DNA of 64,000 nt from Nitrosopumilaceae archaeon (GTDB lineage Archaea > Thermoproteota > Nitrososphaeria > Nitrososphaerales > Nitrosopumilaceae): assembly GCA_965207375.1 (NCBI GenBank), contig CBDBMG010000003.1:256001-320000 (forward strand), written 5' to 3'. A model generated the notes under the pieces. It searched no databases and was not told the origin of the DNA. It worked only from the letters and a program-made list of their open reading frames with translations. A program made the translations under genes and the position numbers. This document shows positions 1-31,330 of the stretch, piece after piece (positions within the stretch are counted from its first letter, which is position 1; each line of letters begins with the position of its first letter).

Positions 1-46
1 TTGAAGCAAAGAAACAGCAGTACAGTGTAAACAACACATTGCATAT

Positions 47-315
47 GTGACTGTCTCTGCAAAAACCAGCCTAGTTCGCACTAAAATTTAAATTCATTTT
101 TTGGCCCAGCTTATAGCTATACCCAATAGCTAGCCAAACACCATGTCTCCTATGGCCAGACCCAAATGGTCTGCTTTTCTGAGGGGAGGATTTGAGGTCT
201 TGTAAAAGCATGACCAACACATTGGCACCTGTGAAGTGCACCAATTGGGCATTATCGACCTGGAATTCTACCCTTGACCAGAATGATGTCCCTTTGGCCT
301 GGTAGTTGTGCATTC
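47..315 (+). mobile_element. 5' fragment of TGTGAC-ended MITE family (same family as 34879-35507)
   Basis: Starts tgtgactgtctctgcaaaaaccagcc and aligns by eye with the first ~260 nt of the 34879 and 35683 copies. Confidence 0.8.
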
Positions 316-384
316 ATGTCCAGTGTTGCCGCAGTTATTCTATAGTCATTCAAGGATGTCACAAATACTTAGAATGTTTGAAGC

Positions 385-982
385 AATCCTGGGATTATTA
401 ATGTAAAAGTATCCCTGGAATCCTGGGATACTTCTGCCATAGACCCTCATGGAAAAGTATCCTTGGAATCCTGGGATACTCAGTCATACTCAGGATTATC
501 CCAGGATTCCACCAGCCATAGATCCTCATGAAAAAGTATCCTTGGAATCCTGGGATACTCTGACATACTCAGGATTATCCCAGGATTCCACCAGCTGGAA
601 AAGTATCCCTGGAATCCTGGGATACTCTGACATACTCAGGATTATCCCAGGATTCCATCTGCCATAGACCCTCTTGGAAAGTATCCTTGGAATCCTGGGA
701 TACTCTGACATATTCAGGATTATCCCAGGATTCCATCTGCCATAGACCCTCTTGGAAAAGTATCCTTGGAATCCTGGGATACTCTGACATACTCAGGATT
801 ATCCCAGGATTCCACCAGCCATAGACCCTCATGGAAAAGTATCCTCGGAATCCTGGGATACTCTGACATACTCAGGGATCATCCTAGGATTCCACCAGCC
901 ATAGACCCTCATGGAAAAGTATCCTTGGAATCCTGGGATACTCTGACATACTCAGGATTATCCCAGGATTTCACCAGCCATA
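385..982. repeat. ~79-bp minisatellite (~7 copies) with an internal hairpin
   Basis: Unit gaaaagtatccttggaatcctgggatactctgacatactcaggattatcccaggattccaccagccatagaccctcatg. It contains the 14-bp inverted repeat ggaatcctgggata/tatcccaggattcc. The ORFs called here are repeat artefacts. Confidence 0.92.
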
Positions 983-2044
983 AAGTAGCATAGGCCAAGT
1001 GTTTGGTATATTGTTTTATATTTGCTTTTTGGAAATTATATTTAATTTAAAGGCATAGCTAGTTATTGTCATATGTGAATATTAATAATAAGTGCTCTCT
1101 CCAAATGTATGTCCTGATTACCAGCTAGTATGCAGTGAGTTCAATCAGTCTTGGTGGTGTTTCTTAGCTGGACTGCTGCAAGATCCTGATTTTCTTTTCC
1201 TAGCAGCAATTGTTTCCCTAAAGAATATACAAAGTCTGGTAAAACTTATACCAGTGAATAACAGTTATTGAAGTTATTTCAATTACTAAGGCCAACTACA
1301 TAATAACTAGTGATCTTGCCCTTGTTCCTATTTTTTGAGCAATAGCTACCTTTGAAACAACATATTTTGTCAAAATAGTTAGTTTCATACATAAAAGTGT
1401 TAGCTAGCATAGCTATATAGCCAGAATTTTTCAGATACTTTTTGGAGGTATTTTCAGTATGTATAGTATGTATTTCAAAGATATTGCTGCCAACATGTTT
1501 ATGGTGGCTGTATACTGTATTATGTCCGTATAGCAGAAAAGTTCATTGGAGAAAAGTCGGGTGAATCATCAAAGATTCACTATCCAAATCAGTCGAAAAT
1601 TTATGTAATAACTTCTTTTGGCTGATCTATGTGATCTGCCAAACATTTTTCTCCAAATCTCCACCCATTCACTTTCGTTAAATATAATTGCTGCCAAATT
1701 TTCCCACCATATGGTACACCATAGCCTGTACGTTGTAGCACTGATTATTAATAATTTTCAGTTTTCAAATCTGTATAATATTTCAGATCTTTTCTGTCTA
1801 TATAGAGAAAATGATTGATTCTATATGCACTTACGTACATGGTTATATTGTCCAGATTCAATGCTGTTTGGTACTGTTGCAGTGACACTGAGTATTTCAT
1901 TAGTTTTGTTGCAAATTCTTCTTTATCATCATCGAGAATCTCTTCCTTGTGAAACTCGTATAACTGGAGAAAAATTCGATGTTAGATTTCATAGTGAGAA
2001 TGCACTATTCCTATCATTAAGTTAGTACAGTAGTATGTACTTAA

Positions 2045-3000
2045 TAGTAGAGATTGCTATGAAAAACTATGGCTTCCGGATTTTTCACACATTAAAAAAC
2101 CACCTTACAACAAGTTTTTTTTCGAAAAACCCAAGTTACCTGCATTGGTACTGCTGAAATAATGGTGTATCTCTGCTAAACAAAGCGAAAAGTCGAATAT
2201 TTGGATCAATAGCGAATTTTAAAAATTTCAAAATTCACCTGTTTTTCGTCTGCCTCCTGGCCTTCCAGCCAGCCATAAGACCTGGTTGCGCTAGGTGGAT
2301 GGCCCCAGATTTTTTGCACAGCAAAGGTAATCATGTCGGATTTACGAAACCGTTGTTCCGATGAAAGTTTGTCCACTACACCATCAAGTTTCTTTATATC
2401 CTTCACTAGCCTTCCTTGTTCTTCTATATTCTTTAAGAAGGTGCAAAACGCACGAAAGAAGGTGTCGATCAAGGTGTCGATAAACTGTTTACGGCTTCTG
2501 GTTATTATGTCACACAAACAGCAACCTGCACACATGTCATAATTAATGATGCACATATTACAACATAAACTTTGAAACACGCATGATTATAGACTTGAAC
2601 GAATAGATTTCGCTGTTATTCGAACACAATTTGCTATAATACAGCTGCTTTGCCAAGTAAGCTCTTTAATTTGTTAACAAGCATAATAATTAGTAAGCGC
2701 CTATGACAAACTTGCGCGTGTGCCTGCTAGGCGCCTGGATATGTTAATCATAAATGTTTATGCAAGCATGCTATAAAAAGCTAACAAACTATATAATCAA
2801 AAATTTAAAAATTAGAAAGTGAGTAGGGATCAATCTCACAGTGCTACAAAAAGTAAGGAAACAAGGATTAAAAAGATTTAGCAGAGAGAATGCTAAAGGT
2901 TTGTGATTGGTATGAGATAATTTATAAAATTTAATCCCTACTTTTGGCAACCTTAGATATACGTACGTACATAGTGAAATGAGCCAAAAGTAGGGATTGA
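2045..3000 (+). mobile_element. Diverged copy of dispersed repeat with AGTAGGGATT subterminal motifs (Helentron/HINE-like or foldback)
   Basis: Collinear similarity to 5995-6940 (tatggcttccgga...gtgctacaaaaagtaaggaaacaagg...aatccctacttttggcaa...gagccaaaagtagggatt). Confidence 0.7.
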
Positions 3001-3169
3001 ATTAAAAATTTACCTTTCCAGAACAGGCCCATGAAACAACTAAGAATTTGGTGGTGTTTGATGTATTTGTAATAATAATTCATTAAAACTTTGTGGCCAG
3101 CCTGTGGCGGCTACACCACCATTACTTGCATGCTGACTAAGTCTAATGCATGGGGATTACTAAACAATA

Positions 3170-3251
3170 CAGCATGCATGACTACAATTGTAATGTTCTA
3201 GCTAAATGTAGTTAATGGCTACCTGCACGACAGGGCAGGTACATTTGCTAG
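3170..3251 (+). mobile_element. Helitron 3' end fragment
   Basis: Hairpin acctgc-acgacagg-gcaggt followed by tttgCTAG|t, nearly identical to the 3' end at 9218-9247. Confidence 0.65.
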
Positions 3252-3285
3252 TTACAATATAATTAAGTCAAGTCCAGCTTGATAA

Positions 3286-4068
3286 ATAGAGCGGTTGCAT
3301 ATCCATGGTAACCAAAAATTACGTAATGACCATGCCTGCTATATCGCCATGTTGTTGTACAGGTCTTAATGCGAAAATGGCGTGTTGCTCTAGTTTGCAT
3401 AAAGACATTATTTCTCTCAGTGATTACGTGCATGGATTGGCTATAAGCGACAAGAGAAGGTATTTGATAAATAGAGCGGTTGCATATCCATGGTAACCAA
3501 AAATTACGTAATGACCACGCCTACTATATCGCCATGTTGTTGTACAGGTCTTAATGCGAAAATGGCGTGTTGCTCTAGTTTGCATAAAGACATTATTTCT
3601 CTCAGTGATTACGTGCATGGATTGGCTATAAGCGACAAGAGAAGGTATTTGGAGAAGATTTAAACTACTGAAATTGATGTTGTAAGGCATGTGGACAAGC
3701 TGCATGGGGGGAATACGTCCCTCGGCCAGCGTGGTGTCTCACGCTGGTGCTGTTGGGCGAGTCATAAATTGCTACCAGTGTCTGTACCATATTGTTTAAG
3801 GGGAGCAACCTCAGGCACGATGACCGGCTGTGATGGATAGAGCGAGGGGTCGGACACCAACTAAATTTCTGTACGAGATTCCGAATCCCACAGTTTTTTG
3901 ACAAAGATTCCAGATTCCAAATAAGATTTCATGGTAATTGAAATATAAAATCCTAAAATATTCAAAGGTATACAGAGTTTTTCTGCCAAGGCAAGATTCC
4001 AGAATCTCAAAAATGCGTACGAGATTCCTATCCGTGACAGACCCCCCGGGATAGAGCAGTGCACATAC
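3286..4068 (+). repeat. Dispersed repeat with 185-bp internal tandem duplication and a nested ~205-bp GAGGGGTC-ended MITE (~3844-4048)
   Basis: 3281-3465 is duplicated from 3466. The nested insert is flanked by duplicated ggatagagc. An inverted copy of the repeat lies at 5182-5568. Confidence 0.7.
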
Positions 4069-5181
4069 TATAGTGTGTGCTTCATATAATAATTATATAT
4101 GCTGTTATTTTGGGAGTGTAGTAGTATATATATTTAATATATGTGTTAAAGCACCAAGGAACTCAAATGTTGGGGCTATCTTCAGAGCAATGTAGAACCT
4201 GTGCAGCTATCTCTGGAGCTGATTTTACTTTAACAAAAACAATCACTATCAAATTAAACTAGCTGTTCACACTGGGCCATAGCAAAAGCCAATTGTGGCC
4301 CCCATCCAATTCTTCCACACTCTCCAGTTGAGTACAGAGCTTGAAGGGTCTACCCCTCGGCCCATTACCCCTGAGGAGACAATGGGTATGCCCATCCACC
4401 CATAAACGAATCGACTATCGATTGCTCTCGCCAAGAAGATTACTGCTTGACAAATGTGCAGTGATCTGATCACAAATCTTAAATATTGTATCACAAAAAT
4501 ACAACATAGTATCACAAAACTCTAAAGTCCTCAGTTGACACGATTGTTGACATCACAGAAACTGTTACCACTTAACTGCTGCAATACATCAACAGATACT
4601 ACGAGAGAATTAGAAATATGCAATAACTAATGAAACAAAACATCAACAAAACTCACTACAGCCTACAGCCTCATGAAGTATGGTCCCAGTATCACACTGC
4701 CACAGCTCTCCCTGAGGGAAAAACTTGCAATACCTATACCAAACAGATAGAGGAAATTAAAATTCAATAATTATGCCAACTTACATCCAATAACCCATCA
4801 CATGTTAAGAGATACCAATTCAGTAAGCTTACCCAGCACATACCAGTTAGCAGGTACACACACATGCTGTGTGCTGAATGCCAGAGTAATAGGCGTCCAC
4901 TACACTCACCCTTTCTTGATTCAGTAGGTTGAAGGGTAGCAAAACTGTCTGCCCCATCCTCTGCAGTGGGATGTTAGTAGTGAGGCCTGAAAGACAACAA
5001 GAGTGTCTGCCAGGCATAACTCAGAATAAATCATGGAAGATGGTGAATCTCCACCCAACCTACAATAGTAAACAATGAGACACAATTTATTACAATACCA
5101 CAATACTCCAAATATATACTACTACTACTACTACACTCCCAACATAACAACATACGATATATTATATGAAGCACACATTAC

Positions 5182-5568
5182 AGTATGTGCACTGCTCTAT
5201 CCACCACAGCAGGCCATCGTGCCTGAGGTTGCTCCCCTTAAATAATACAGACACTGGTAGCAATTTATGACTCGCCCAATAGCACCAGCGTGAGACACCA
5301 CGCTGGCCGAGGGACGTATTCCCCCCATGCAGCTTGTCCACATTCCTTTACATCAATTTCAGTAGTATAAATCTTCTCCAAATACCTTCTCTTGTCACTT
5401 ATAACCAATCCACGCACGTAATCACTGAGAGAAATAATGTCTTTATGCAAAGTCTCGTGCAAAATAGAGCAACACGCCATTTTCGCATTAAGACCTGTAC
5501 AACAATATGGCGACAGTAGGCGTGGTCGTTACGTAATTTTTGGTTACCATGGATATGCAACCGCTCTA
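5182..5568 (-). repeat. Inverted copy of the 3471-4068 repeat, without the nested MITE
   Basis: Reverse complement matches atagagcggttgcatatccatggtaacc...atagagcagtgcacatact. Confidence 0.8.
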
Positions 5569-5994
5569 TATATTTCAAAGTCTCCATCGTCTCAACAGGA
5601 CGCGTGTGAAAGCTTTAGGTAAGGTTTTTGCGTATTGTATGATTAGCTAGCTACATTACGTGACTACTCTAGTGTACTGTAAGAATTAGCTGGAATCCTT
5701 CAGAGCCAGCTATGTATGTGTTATGTTTATAACTTACAGGAGACACGAGGCATCAATGTATCACATGGGTGCTGTAAAGGCCATGACCACACATGGTTGA
5801 TAAATCATTTAAAATGCTCTCAGATTCAATCTCAGAAGGTGCAATTTTCAAAATTTTCTGGGGGGCATGCCCCCAGACCCCCCTAGCATTGGCATGCTGC
5901 GCATGCATGTGTGCTTCGCACACAAAGTGAGTTTCACTTTCAACAGAACTAGCTACATGGCAAGTAGTTATTTGGCTTGTCATTATAGTACTTA

Positions 5995-7075
5995 ATAGTA
6001 GGGATTGGTAGGAAATCATATGGCTTCCGGAAAATTTCGCGCTTTAAAATCAACCTTGCAATAGGCTTTACCCGAAAAAACAGGCTGGAATGCATTGGTA
6101 AGGCTGAAATGATGCCGTACCTTGGTTAACGAAGCGACAAGTCGAATATTTCGACTTACAGCCAACTTTGAAAATTTCGAAATTCACCTGTATTTCGTCT
6201 GCCGGACGGACGGACGGCCTGCCTGCCTGCCTGCCTGCCGTAAGACCGGGTTGCGCTAGGTGTAGGGCTCCAGAAATTTCACACAATAAAAGGTAATGGC
6301 GGCGGATTTACGAAAATCGTATTCCGAAGACGATTTACCCACTGCGCCATGGCGATTCCCTTTATCCTTCATTCCTTTCCTTGTTCTTTATGTATTCCTT
6401 AGCAAGGTGCGAATCTCACCGAAGGTGACGATAGCCTGTAACGGCTTCTGCTTATTGCGTCACACAAAAATCTGGCTTGCACGTGATATAATTAGTTACA
6501 ATGGCACGATGTTTTCGCGTGTACTCGCGTGTACTTTATTACATCGTGAACTTCGAGATCATAGCCTTGGACAAATAGCTTTTGCTGTTTTTCGAGTGTT
6601 ATTTGCTATCACATAGCTGCTTTGCCATGTAAGCGCGTTGTTAACAAGCGCCTGTAAACAAGCATAATTATTACGTAAGCGCCTGTAACATTTTGTGTGC
6701 CTGCTAAAAGATTATTGAATGCTTAGCATGTATAACAAGTAAACAAACTAGAATGATAAAAAATTAAAAATTTAAAAAGTAAGTAGGGATTGAACTTTGG
6801 ATTCAATAGTGCTACAAAAAGTAAGGAAACAAGGAATAAGATTTTGGGATGAGAGAACATTCTGGCATGAGATAATTTATAAAAGTTTAATCCCTACTTT
6901 TGGCAAACCTACTGAATGAAGTGAGCCAAAAGTAGGGATTAAACTTTTATAAATTATCTCATGCCAGAATGTTCTCTCGTCCTAAAATCTTATTCCTTGT
7001 TTCCTTACTTTTTGTAGCACTATTGAATCCAAAGTTCAATCCCTACTTACTTTTTAAATTTTTAATTTTTTATCA
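5995..7075 (+). mobile_element. AGTAGGGATT-family repeat ending in a ~150-bp-arm hairpin
   Basis: Homologous to 2045-3000. 6747-6904 is almost perfectly inverted at 6924-7075 plus 9248-9254, with a ~20-nt loop. Confidence 0.75.
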
Positions 7076-7839
7076 TCTACTATATAAAGCTGAAAAGCCG
7101 TCTGTCTGTCTGTCCGCACTTTTTGGGCGGTCTGATTCTCAGCCGTGGCTGCATGGATCGACGTCAGACTTGCTCGATGTGATAGCTATGTCTTCTGGCA
7201 TGACGAAGTTTATTTTTAAAAGTTTCTAAGAGTCTTAGTTTTTCGACACGAGTGCCCGACAGACACCCGTGTCGATCCAGACAGCCATTGACCACAGCAA
7301 TCCACCGCACAGTTGGTAACACGGTGAACTTCGACACCTTAGATCGGTGGTAGGGGATTTAGTTACTGCATGTTTTTTTTAGTTTATAAAAACTTTTTTT
7401 ACAAGCTGGTACAGCCTACTATAAGGTGTTAATTAAACAAAGAAACCTCAGTGTAAACAGACAAGGTGTTAACATTCCTATGTGGTGCATATATGGGTAG
7501 GCATTAGGAAGGCTTAGGAGACTAGGTATAGGCTTAGGAGTCTAGGTAGGCTTAGGAGTCTAGGTAGGCATAGGAGACTAGGTAGGCATGGGAAACTATA
7601 TAGGTAGGCATAGGAGACTATATAGGTAGGCTTAGGAGTCTAGACAGGCTTAGGACACCATATACAGGCTTAGAAGATTATAGGTTGGCTTAGGAGACTA
7701 TAGGTATATAGGCTTAGGAGACTATAGGTAGGTATAGGAGACTATAGATAGGCATAGGAGACTATAGGTAGGCATAGGAGACTATAGGTAGGCTTAGGAG
7801 ACTATAGGTAGGCATAGGAGACTATATAGGTAGGCTTAG

Positions 7840-8230
7840 CAGGGGCGGATCTAGGATTTCTGAGAGGGGGGGCTAATCACAGTAGTGGATCTCTGAAGCA
7901 GGGGGTCTGGGGGGCGCAGCCCCCCAGAAGCTATAGGATATTTTGTTTTATGAAGTACAGAAATGCCACCTAATGTAAGATTTAGAGTATTTAATTCAAA
8001 TCTTAAAGTTTTCTGAGAAGGAGCTAACCGAAGTAGTACCAGGGGGTGTGGTGGGTGCAACCCTTTGGAAGGTATAGATTGTTATGCATTGAAATGTACA
8101 AAACATCATTATTTGCAAGAACTAGTGTGTTTTAGTGTGTTTTTATAACAACACATCCATCCTTTTGTATTTCCTGAGATGGCAGGTGGGGGGGCTACAG
8201 CCCCCCTAGCCCCCCCTAAATTCGCCACTG
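7840..8230. mobile_element. MITE with CAGGGGCGGATC-type TIR and 5-bp TSD (CTTAG)
   Basis: Left end caggggcggatctagg; right-end reverse complement cagtggcgaatttagg; cttag on both flanks. Confidence 0.8.
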
Positions 8231-8253
8231 CTTAGGAGACTATAGGTAGGCAT

Positions 8254-8644
8254 TAGTGCTGTGCACTTTCACCGAATAACCGATTAATCGATCGGTTATT
8301 TTCAAAATTCCAATAACCGATATTACATGTTAAATAACCGATTAATCGGCTTCTAATTATTTCACTTTAATATATTAGATATTTTAGTAAGACGCACCAA
8401 TTTGACACATAAATTACCTAGACTTTATGATGTACGAGTGAATGTTGTCTCTAGCATGTATATTTATCATATGGTGAATGTACACCTATGTAATTATATG
8501 ATAGCCCACACTCAAAATCTGTAAAGTTTACTCCTCAATTTCCTTGTTGCAACAATGAATATCACTGGTGCCAATTAACCGATAATCGCCAATTATTTAT
8601 TACCAATTAACCGGTGATGAAATTTTTGCAGGTGCACAGCTCTA
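8254..8644. mobile_element. hAT-type MITE, 8-bp TSD GTAGGCAT
   Basis: TIR tagtgctgtgcac / gtgcacagctcta; gtaggcat duplicated on both sides. Confidence 0.85.
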
Positions 8645-9407
8645 GTAGGCATAGGAGACTATAGGTAGGCTTAGGAGACTATAGGTAGCCATAGGAGACT
8701 ATAGGTAGGCATAGGAGACTATAGGTAGACATAGGAGACCATGCAGGTAGGCATAGGAGACTAGGTAGGCATAGGAAACTATATAGGTAGGCATAGGAGA
8801 CTATAGGTAGGCATAGGAGACCATGCAGGTAGGCATATGAGACTAGGTAGGCATAGGAGACTAGGTAGGCATAGGAAACTATATAGGTAGGCATAGGAGA
8901 CTATAGGTAGGAGACTTATTAGGCATAGGAAACTATATATATATGGGTAGGCATAAGAGACTATAGGTAGGCATAGGATACTAGGTAGGCATATGAGACC
9001 ATGCAGGTAGGCATATGAGACTAGGTAGGCATAGTAGACTAGGAGACTAGGTAGGCCGAAGACTAGGTATAAGCATAGGAGACTAGGTAGGTTTATAGGA
9101 GCCTATATAGGTACTAGGTAGGCATAGGATAGGACACTATATGTAAATCATTGGTATATAGGTATAGGAGACTAGGCAGCATATGTTACTACCATGCACA
9201 GCATGCATTTAGCAGCACCTGCACGATAGGGCAGGTACGTTTGCTAGTTCTAGTATAAATACAATATGGTTCACTTCATCTGCCTTACCAAACCTTTATC
9301 TGCTGCTACGCCTATGTAATGTATGTCCACGCCTGTAGGTTTCAGGATTGGGCATGTGATAATGTATCATGGTCACTATAACAACCTGCTGATCATGTGA
9401 CACTTAC

Positions 9408-9473
9408 TCCTTTTCCAATCCTCTTGTTAATATCATATTCTCTAGTCATGTGTTCATCAATATCAGCACTCAT
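9408..9473 (-). pseudogene. MAPK15/ERK7-like first coding exon (MSADIDEHMTREYDINKRIGKG), probably a remnant
   Basis: Upstream AG acceptor, ATG, 22 codons ending in the kinase Gly-loop start xGKG, then a phase-0 GTAAGT donor. The expected AYGIVWKA exon is only weakly recognisable at ~9260-9311, with a stop and indels. Confidence 0.55.
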
Positions 9474-9779
9474 TCCTATTAATACACACCACCATAATAA
9501 CTAAGACGATTACAATCTATATATTATAATGTCTACATCTTCGTAATCAGAGTAATATAAAGGTGATACAAAATGTGGAAGTCACAAGTTTGTTTACTAT
9601 GGCTGCTATTGACAACCGATAACTAAACATTTCAACTCACGAGTAACACACTTATATAACTTTATCTATCACGCTTACTTTATTGTTCATATAAATGATA
9701 TAACAAGCTAAACATTTAATTAATAAACACTAATATTATTGATCGCTGTATTTCAAATTTTATACACTTGCCATAAATA

Positions 9780-10251
9780 CGTCATACCAGATAAACATCG
9801 TAATGCGCGTGCGCAATAGTTACCACATTACAGTAGGTGTCCAGGTGGCGCCAGAGAAGCTGTACATTACACGCGAGGGTCGCTGTGGTTGTAACCAAAA
9901 CCTTGATGGCGCCATACTGGTACATTAGCGGTTTCCTAATATGTCAAGCCATTTGATGCGCGTCTGTGTATAATCAAATTATCAGAGAGGCGAGAAACCA
10001 CAATCGCGCGCCTGCCTAATTTTGCTTATTAAACGTGAGCATCAGTCATTAAACAATGTACCGTTAAAGGCAATTGTGGTTTTAGCAAGTGTTGGGCTGT
10101 GTTTTCTTAACTGATGCTAATGGAATGTGTGTGACCCGATGTGTAATAGCCAAGCCGCAGGACATCACCTTTGTTAACCAAATAATTCATAACTTCAGCC
10201 TACTAGCTCTATCCCTGCAGCATTGCGTGTGAAGCGCCGTAACGTTACAAG
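9780..10251. promoter_or_regulatory. CpG-rich putative bidirectional promoter and non-coding first exon of the GREB1-like gene
   Basis: Local CpG enrichment, NRF1-like tgcgcgtgcgca at 9804, YY1-like gatggcgccat at ~9905, and donor aag|gtgagc at 10251. Confidence 0.5.
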
Positions 10252-10609
10252 GTGAGCAGTGCATTGAGTATAGCTGTTTATTGCTTCAGCGATATTTTGC
10301 TATGTAAATAGCGCAAGTAGAGCTAAATATATATTTGCAGTAAAGAGTTCAGCTTTTGTTTTGTCTAGCAAAGTCTTTAAGGAAATTTATGGCTATAGTT
10401 TAACTGACAAATGAATGGTATTTGTTTGTGTAATGTGTGCTGTGTGTATTATGTGGTGTATGTGTGTGTACATATGTGTTGTGTGTGTGTTGTATGTACA
10501 TGTGTGTAGTATGTGTGCATACACATACACATACATTGTGGTATGTGTGTTATTATGGTGTGTAGTATACATACATGATTACCAATGTGTATATTCTTAC
10601 AGCTCAATA

Positions 10610-24963
<14,354 letters not shown>

Positions 24964-25270
24964 TAGCCAGCCAGTCAGCTAGTATAGTAGTTATAGGTAA
25001 TAGTCCATGAGTAGTGATACATGTTGTATAGGTAGGATGTTCCGTGCCTCTGTCAACTGATTTTTTCTTTCTTTATGTTTTAATGCATATTTTTCAATTA
25101 ATTAAACCCTATCATGCTTATAGTTTTCAAATTAATTATACGAGAGATGATGTGCCCCACCCCATTGTCACCTGTAGTCTTAAGCAGCTGGCGCGTAAGT
25201 TGTTATATCACCTGATGAAATGCCACCTTATATATATATGAAGAAATATCGGCAGACCAGAAATTATATA

Positions 25271-25305
25271 ACGCGCATGCGCGTACAACATAATAGATGA
25301 CGTCA
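25271..25305. promoter_or_regulatory. NRF1 site and CRE in the promoter of the death-fold gene
   Basis: Palindrome acgcgcatgcgcgt (25271-25284) and TGACGTCA (25298-25305), 35-70 nt upstream of ATG 25340. Confidence 0.6.
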
Positions 25306-25339
25306 TAATTGGTGAGGTAAGGGACAAAAGTAGCCAGCC

Positions 25340-29727
<4,388 letters not shown>

Positions 29728-30020
29728 TGTCCTTCTGTGACATGCCTTCTGGCATTGCCAACACTCTTAATTTCTTATACCTGGATGGATATATACATGT
29801 TAATTGACATATGATTAACTCCACTGCACGCTAAGTGGCTGGTTATTTTCTTTTAGATAACGAAGTGGTTACTGGCTATAGCAAATAGTACATAGCTATG
29901 ATGCTCTTATTCATGTTGATAGTTTTCATTTAACTTTGTCTATATAATTAGCTAGAAGACAGTTGTAACCAAGTTTTATCGCAAATTAGCACACACTCGC
30001 TCACTCACTTACTCACATGC

Positions 30021-30245
<225 letters not shown>

Positions 30246-31276
30246 AACTCATAAAATGGCTTATGGCTTATTTCATGGCTGAAAACCAGCTTTAAAACCA
30301 AAATTTGTAAAAAGGATGAGTTAAGTATTGTAGCTAGCTAGCTATAGGTGTAGCTATTGTGATAATTGTGTTATGTTTTAATTATTTTAAATATCCCTTA
30401 AATGCATGGGGATTATGATCATTTTACATGCCTAGTTATATCTTATATAAGCAATAGCTAGCTATATGCTGAGAAAAATGGTATATACGTACTCATGTAG
30501 CTATAGTAGCTAGCTAGCTAGCTATCGGATGTTAGCTACAGTGCTTTTTCTGTGTTTTCAAATTAGAACAGCTAACAGTAGCTATAGCTCTCTCTCTCTA
30601 TATATATATATATTTATGTATAATATAGCTAGTTAAATTGGCTACAAAATTTTGTCTTGGAAACATTATTTGCTCATTACGAATCTTGTACAATTTTACA
30701 CTGTGGCTAGCTACTGTAGCTATTTCCACAAAATAATATTACCTTACACTGTTGGTTCAAAACATCAGTCTTTTGGACATGACAGCGATGTAGTAGCTAA
30801 GTATAGCTTTGGGGATTTGGGTATAGTTTGTGGTAAATATTTAGAGAAGACTATACACATGCACATGCAGTAGCTAGCCACTATGCATTGATGAAAGCTC
30901 ATGGAACTTTATTTTGCATCTGTAGTTATAGCAAGTTATATAGATAGTTAGTTAGCATGACACTGTGACAATGTTAACATGATTGATCACCAAAAAAACA
31001 ATGATGTTTAGCTTTAGCTATAGAATAAACCGACAAGGTGGCCAACCATGGGCTATTGACTATATATACATTAACACCTCATATAGTTATATATATCGCA
31101 GTTGCAGTACTGGGCTGGGAAATTGGGTGGCTAAGCTATAATAGCTAGCTACTCACGACAGGTAATTTGTATTTATATAGCAAATGGAAAGAGTTTGAGC
31201 ATGACGTATAAAATATGTTCTATCTTGCAATTGCATCTCTTCATATACCTACTCTTGACTATATATAGGTGGAGTA

Positions 31277-31330
<54 letters not shown>

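Larger units (their letters stand above)
7495..9180. repeat. ~16-22-bp minisatellite (ggcataggagactataggta)n
   Basis: Directly visible tandem units inside the Helitron, interrupted at 7840-8230 and 8254-8644. Confidence 0.9.
7076..9247 (+). mobile_element. Non-autonomous Helitron with internal minisatellite and two nested MITEs
   Basis: 5' TC (tctactatataaag) and 3' hairpin acctgc..gcaggt followed by CTAG. Inserted precisely at A^T with no TSD; removing it restores atca|ttctagt of the host hairpin arm. Confidence 0.85.

Noticed and set aside
385-982. CRISPR-like array of palindromic repeats
   Set aside because: The spacers are not unique, there are no cas genes, and the context is eukaryotic.
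2206-2580. 124-aa ORF and the related 6296-6616 ORF
   Set aside because: Both lie inside a dispersed non-coding repeat, and the frames are not conserved between copies.
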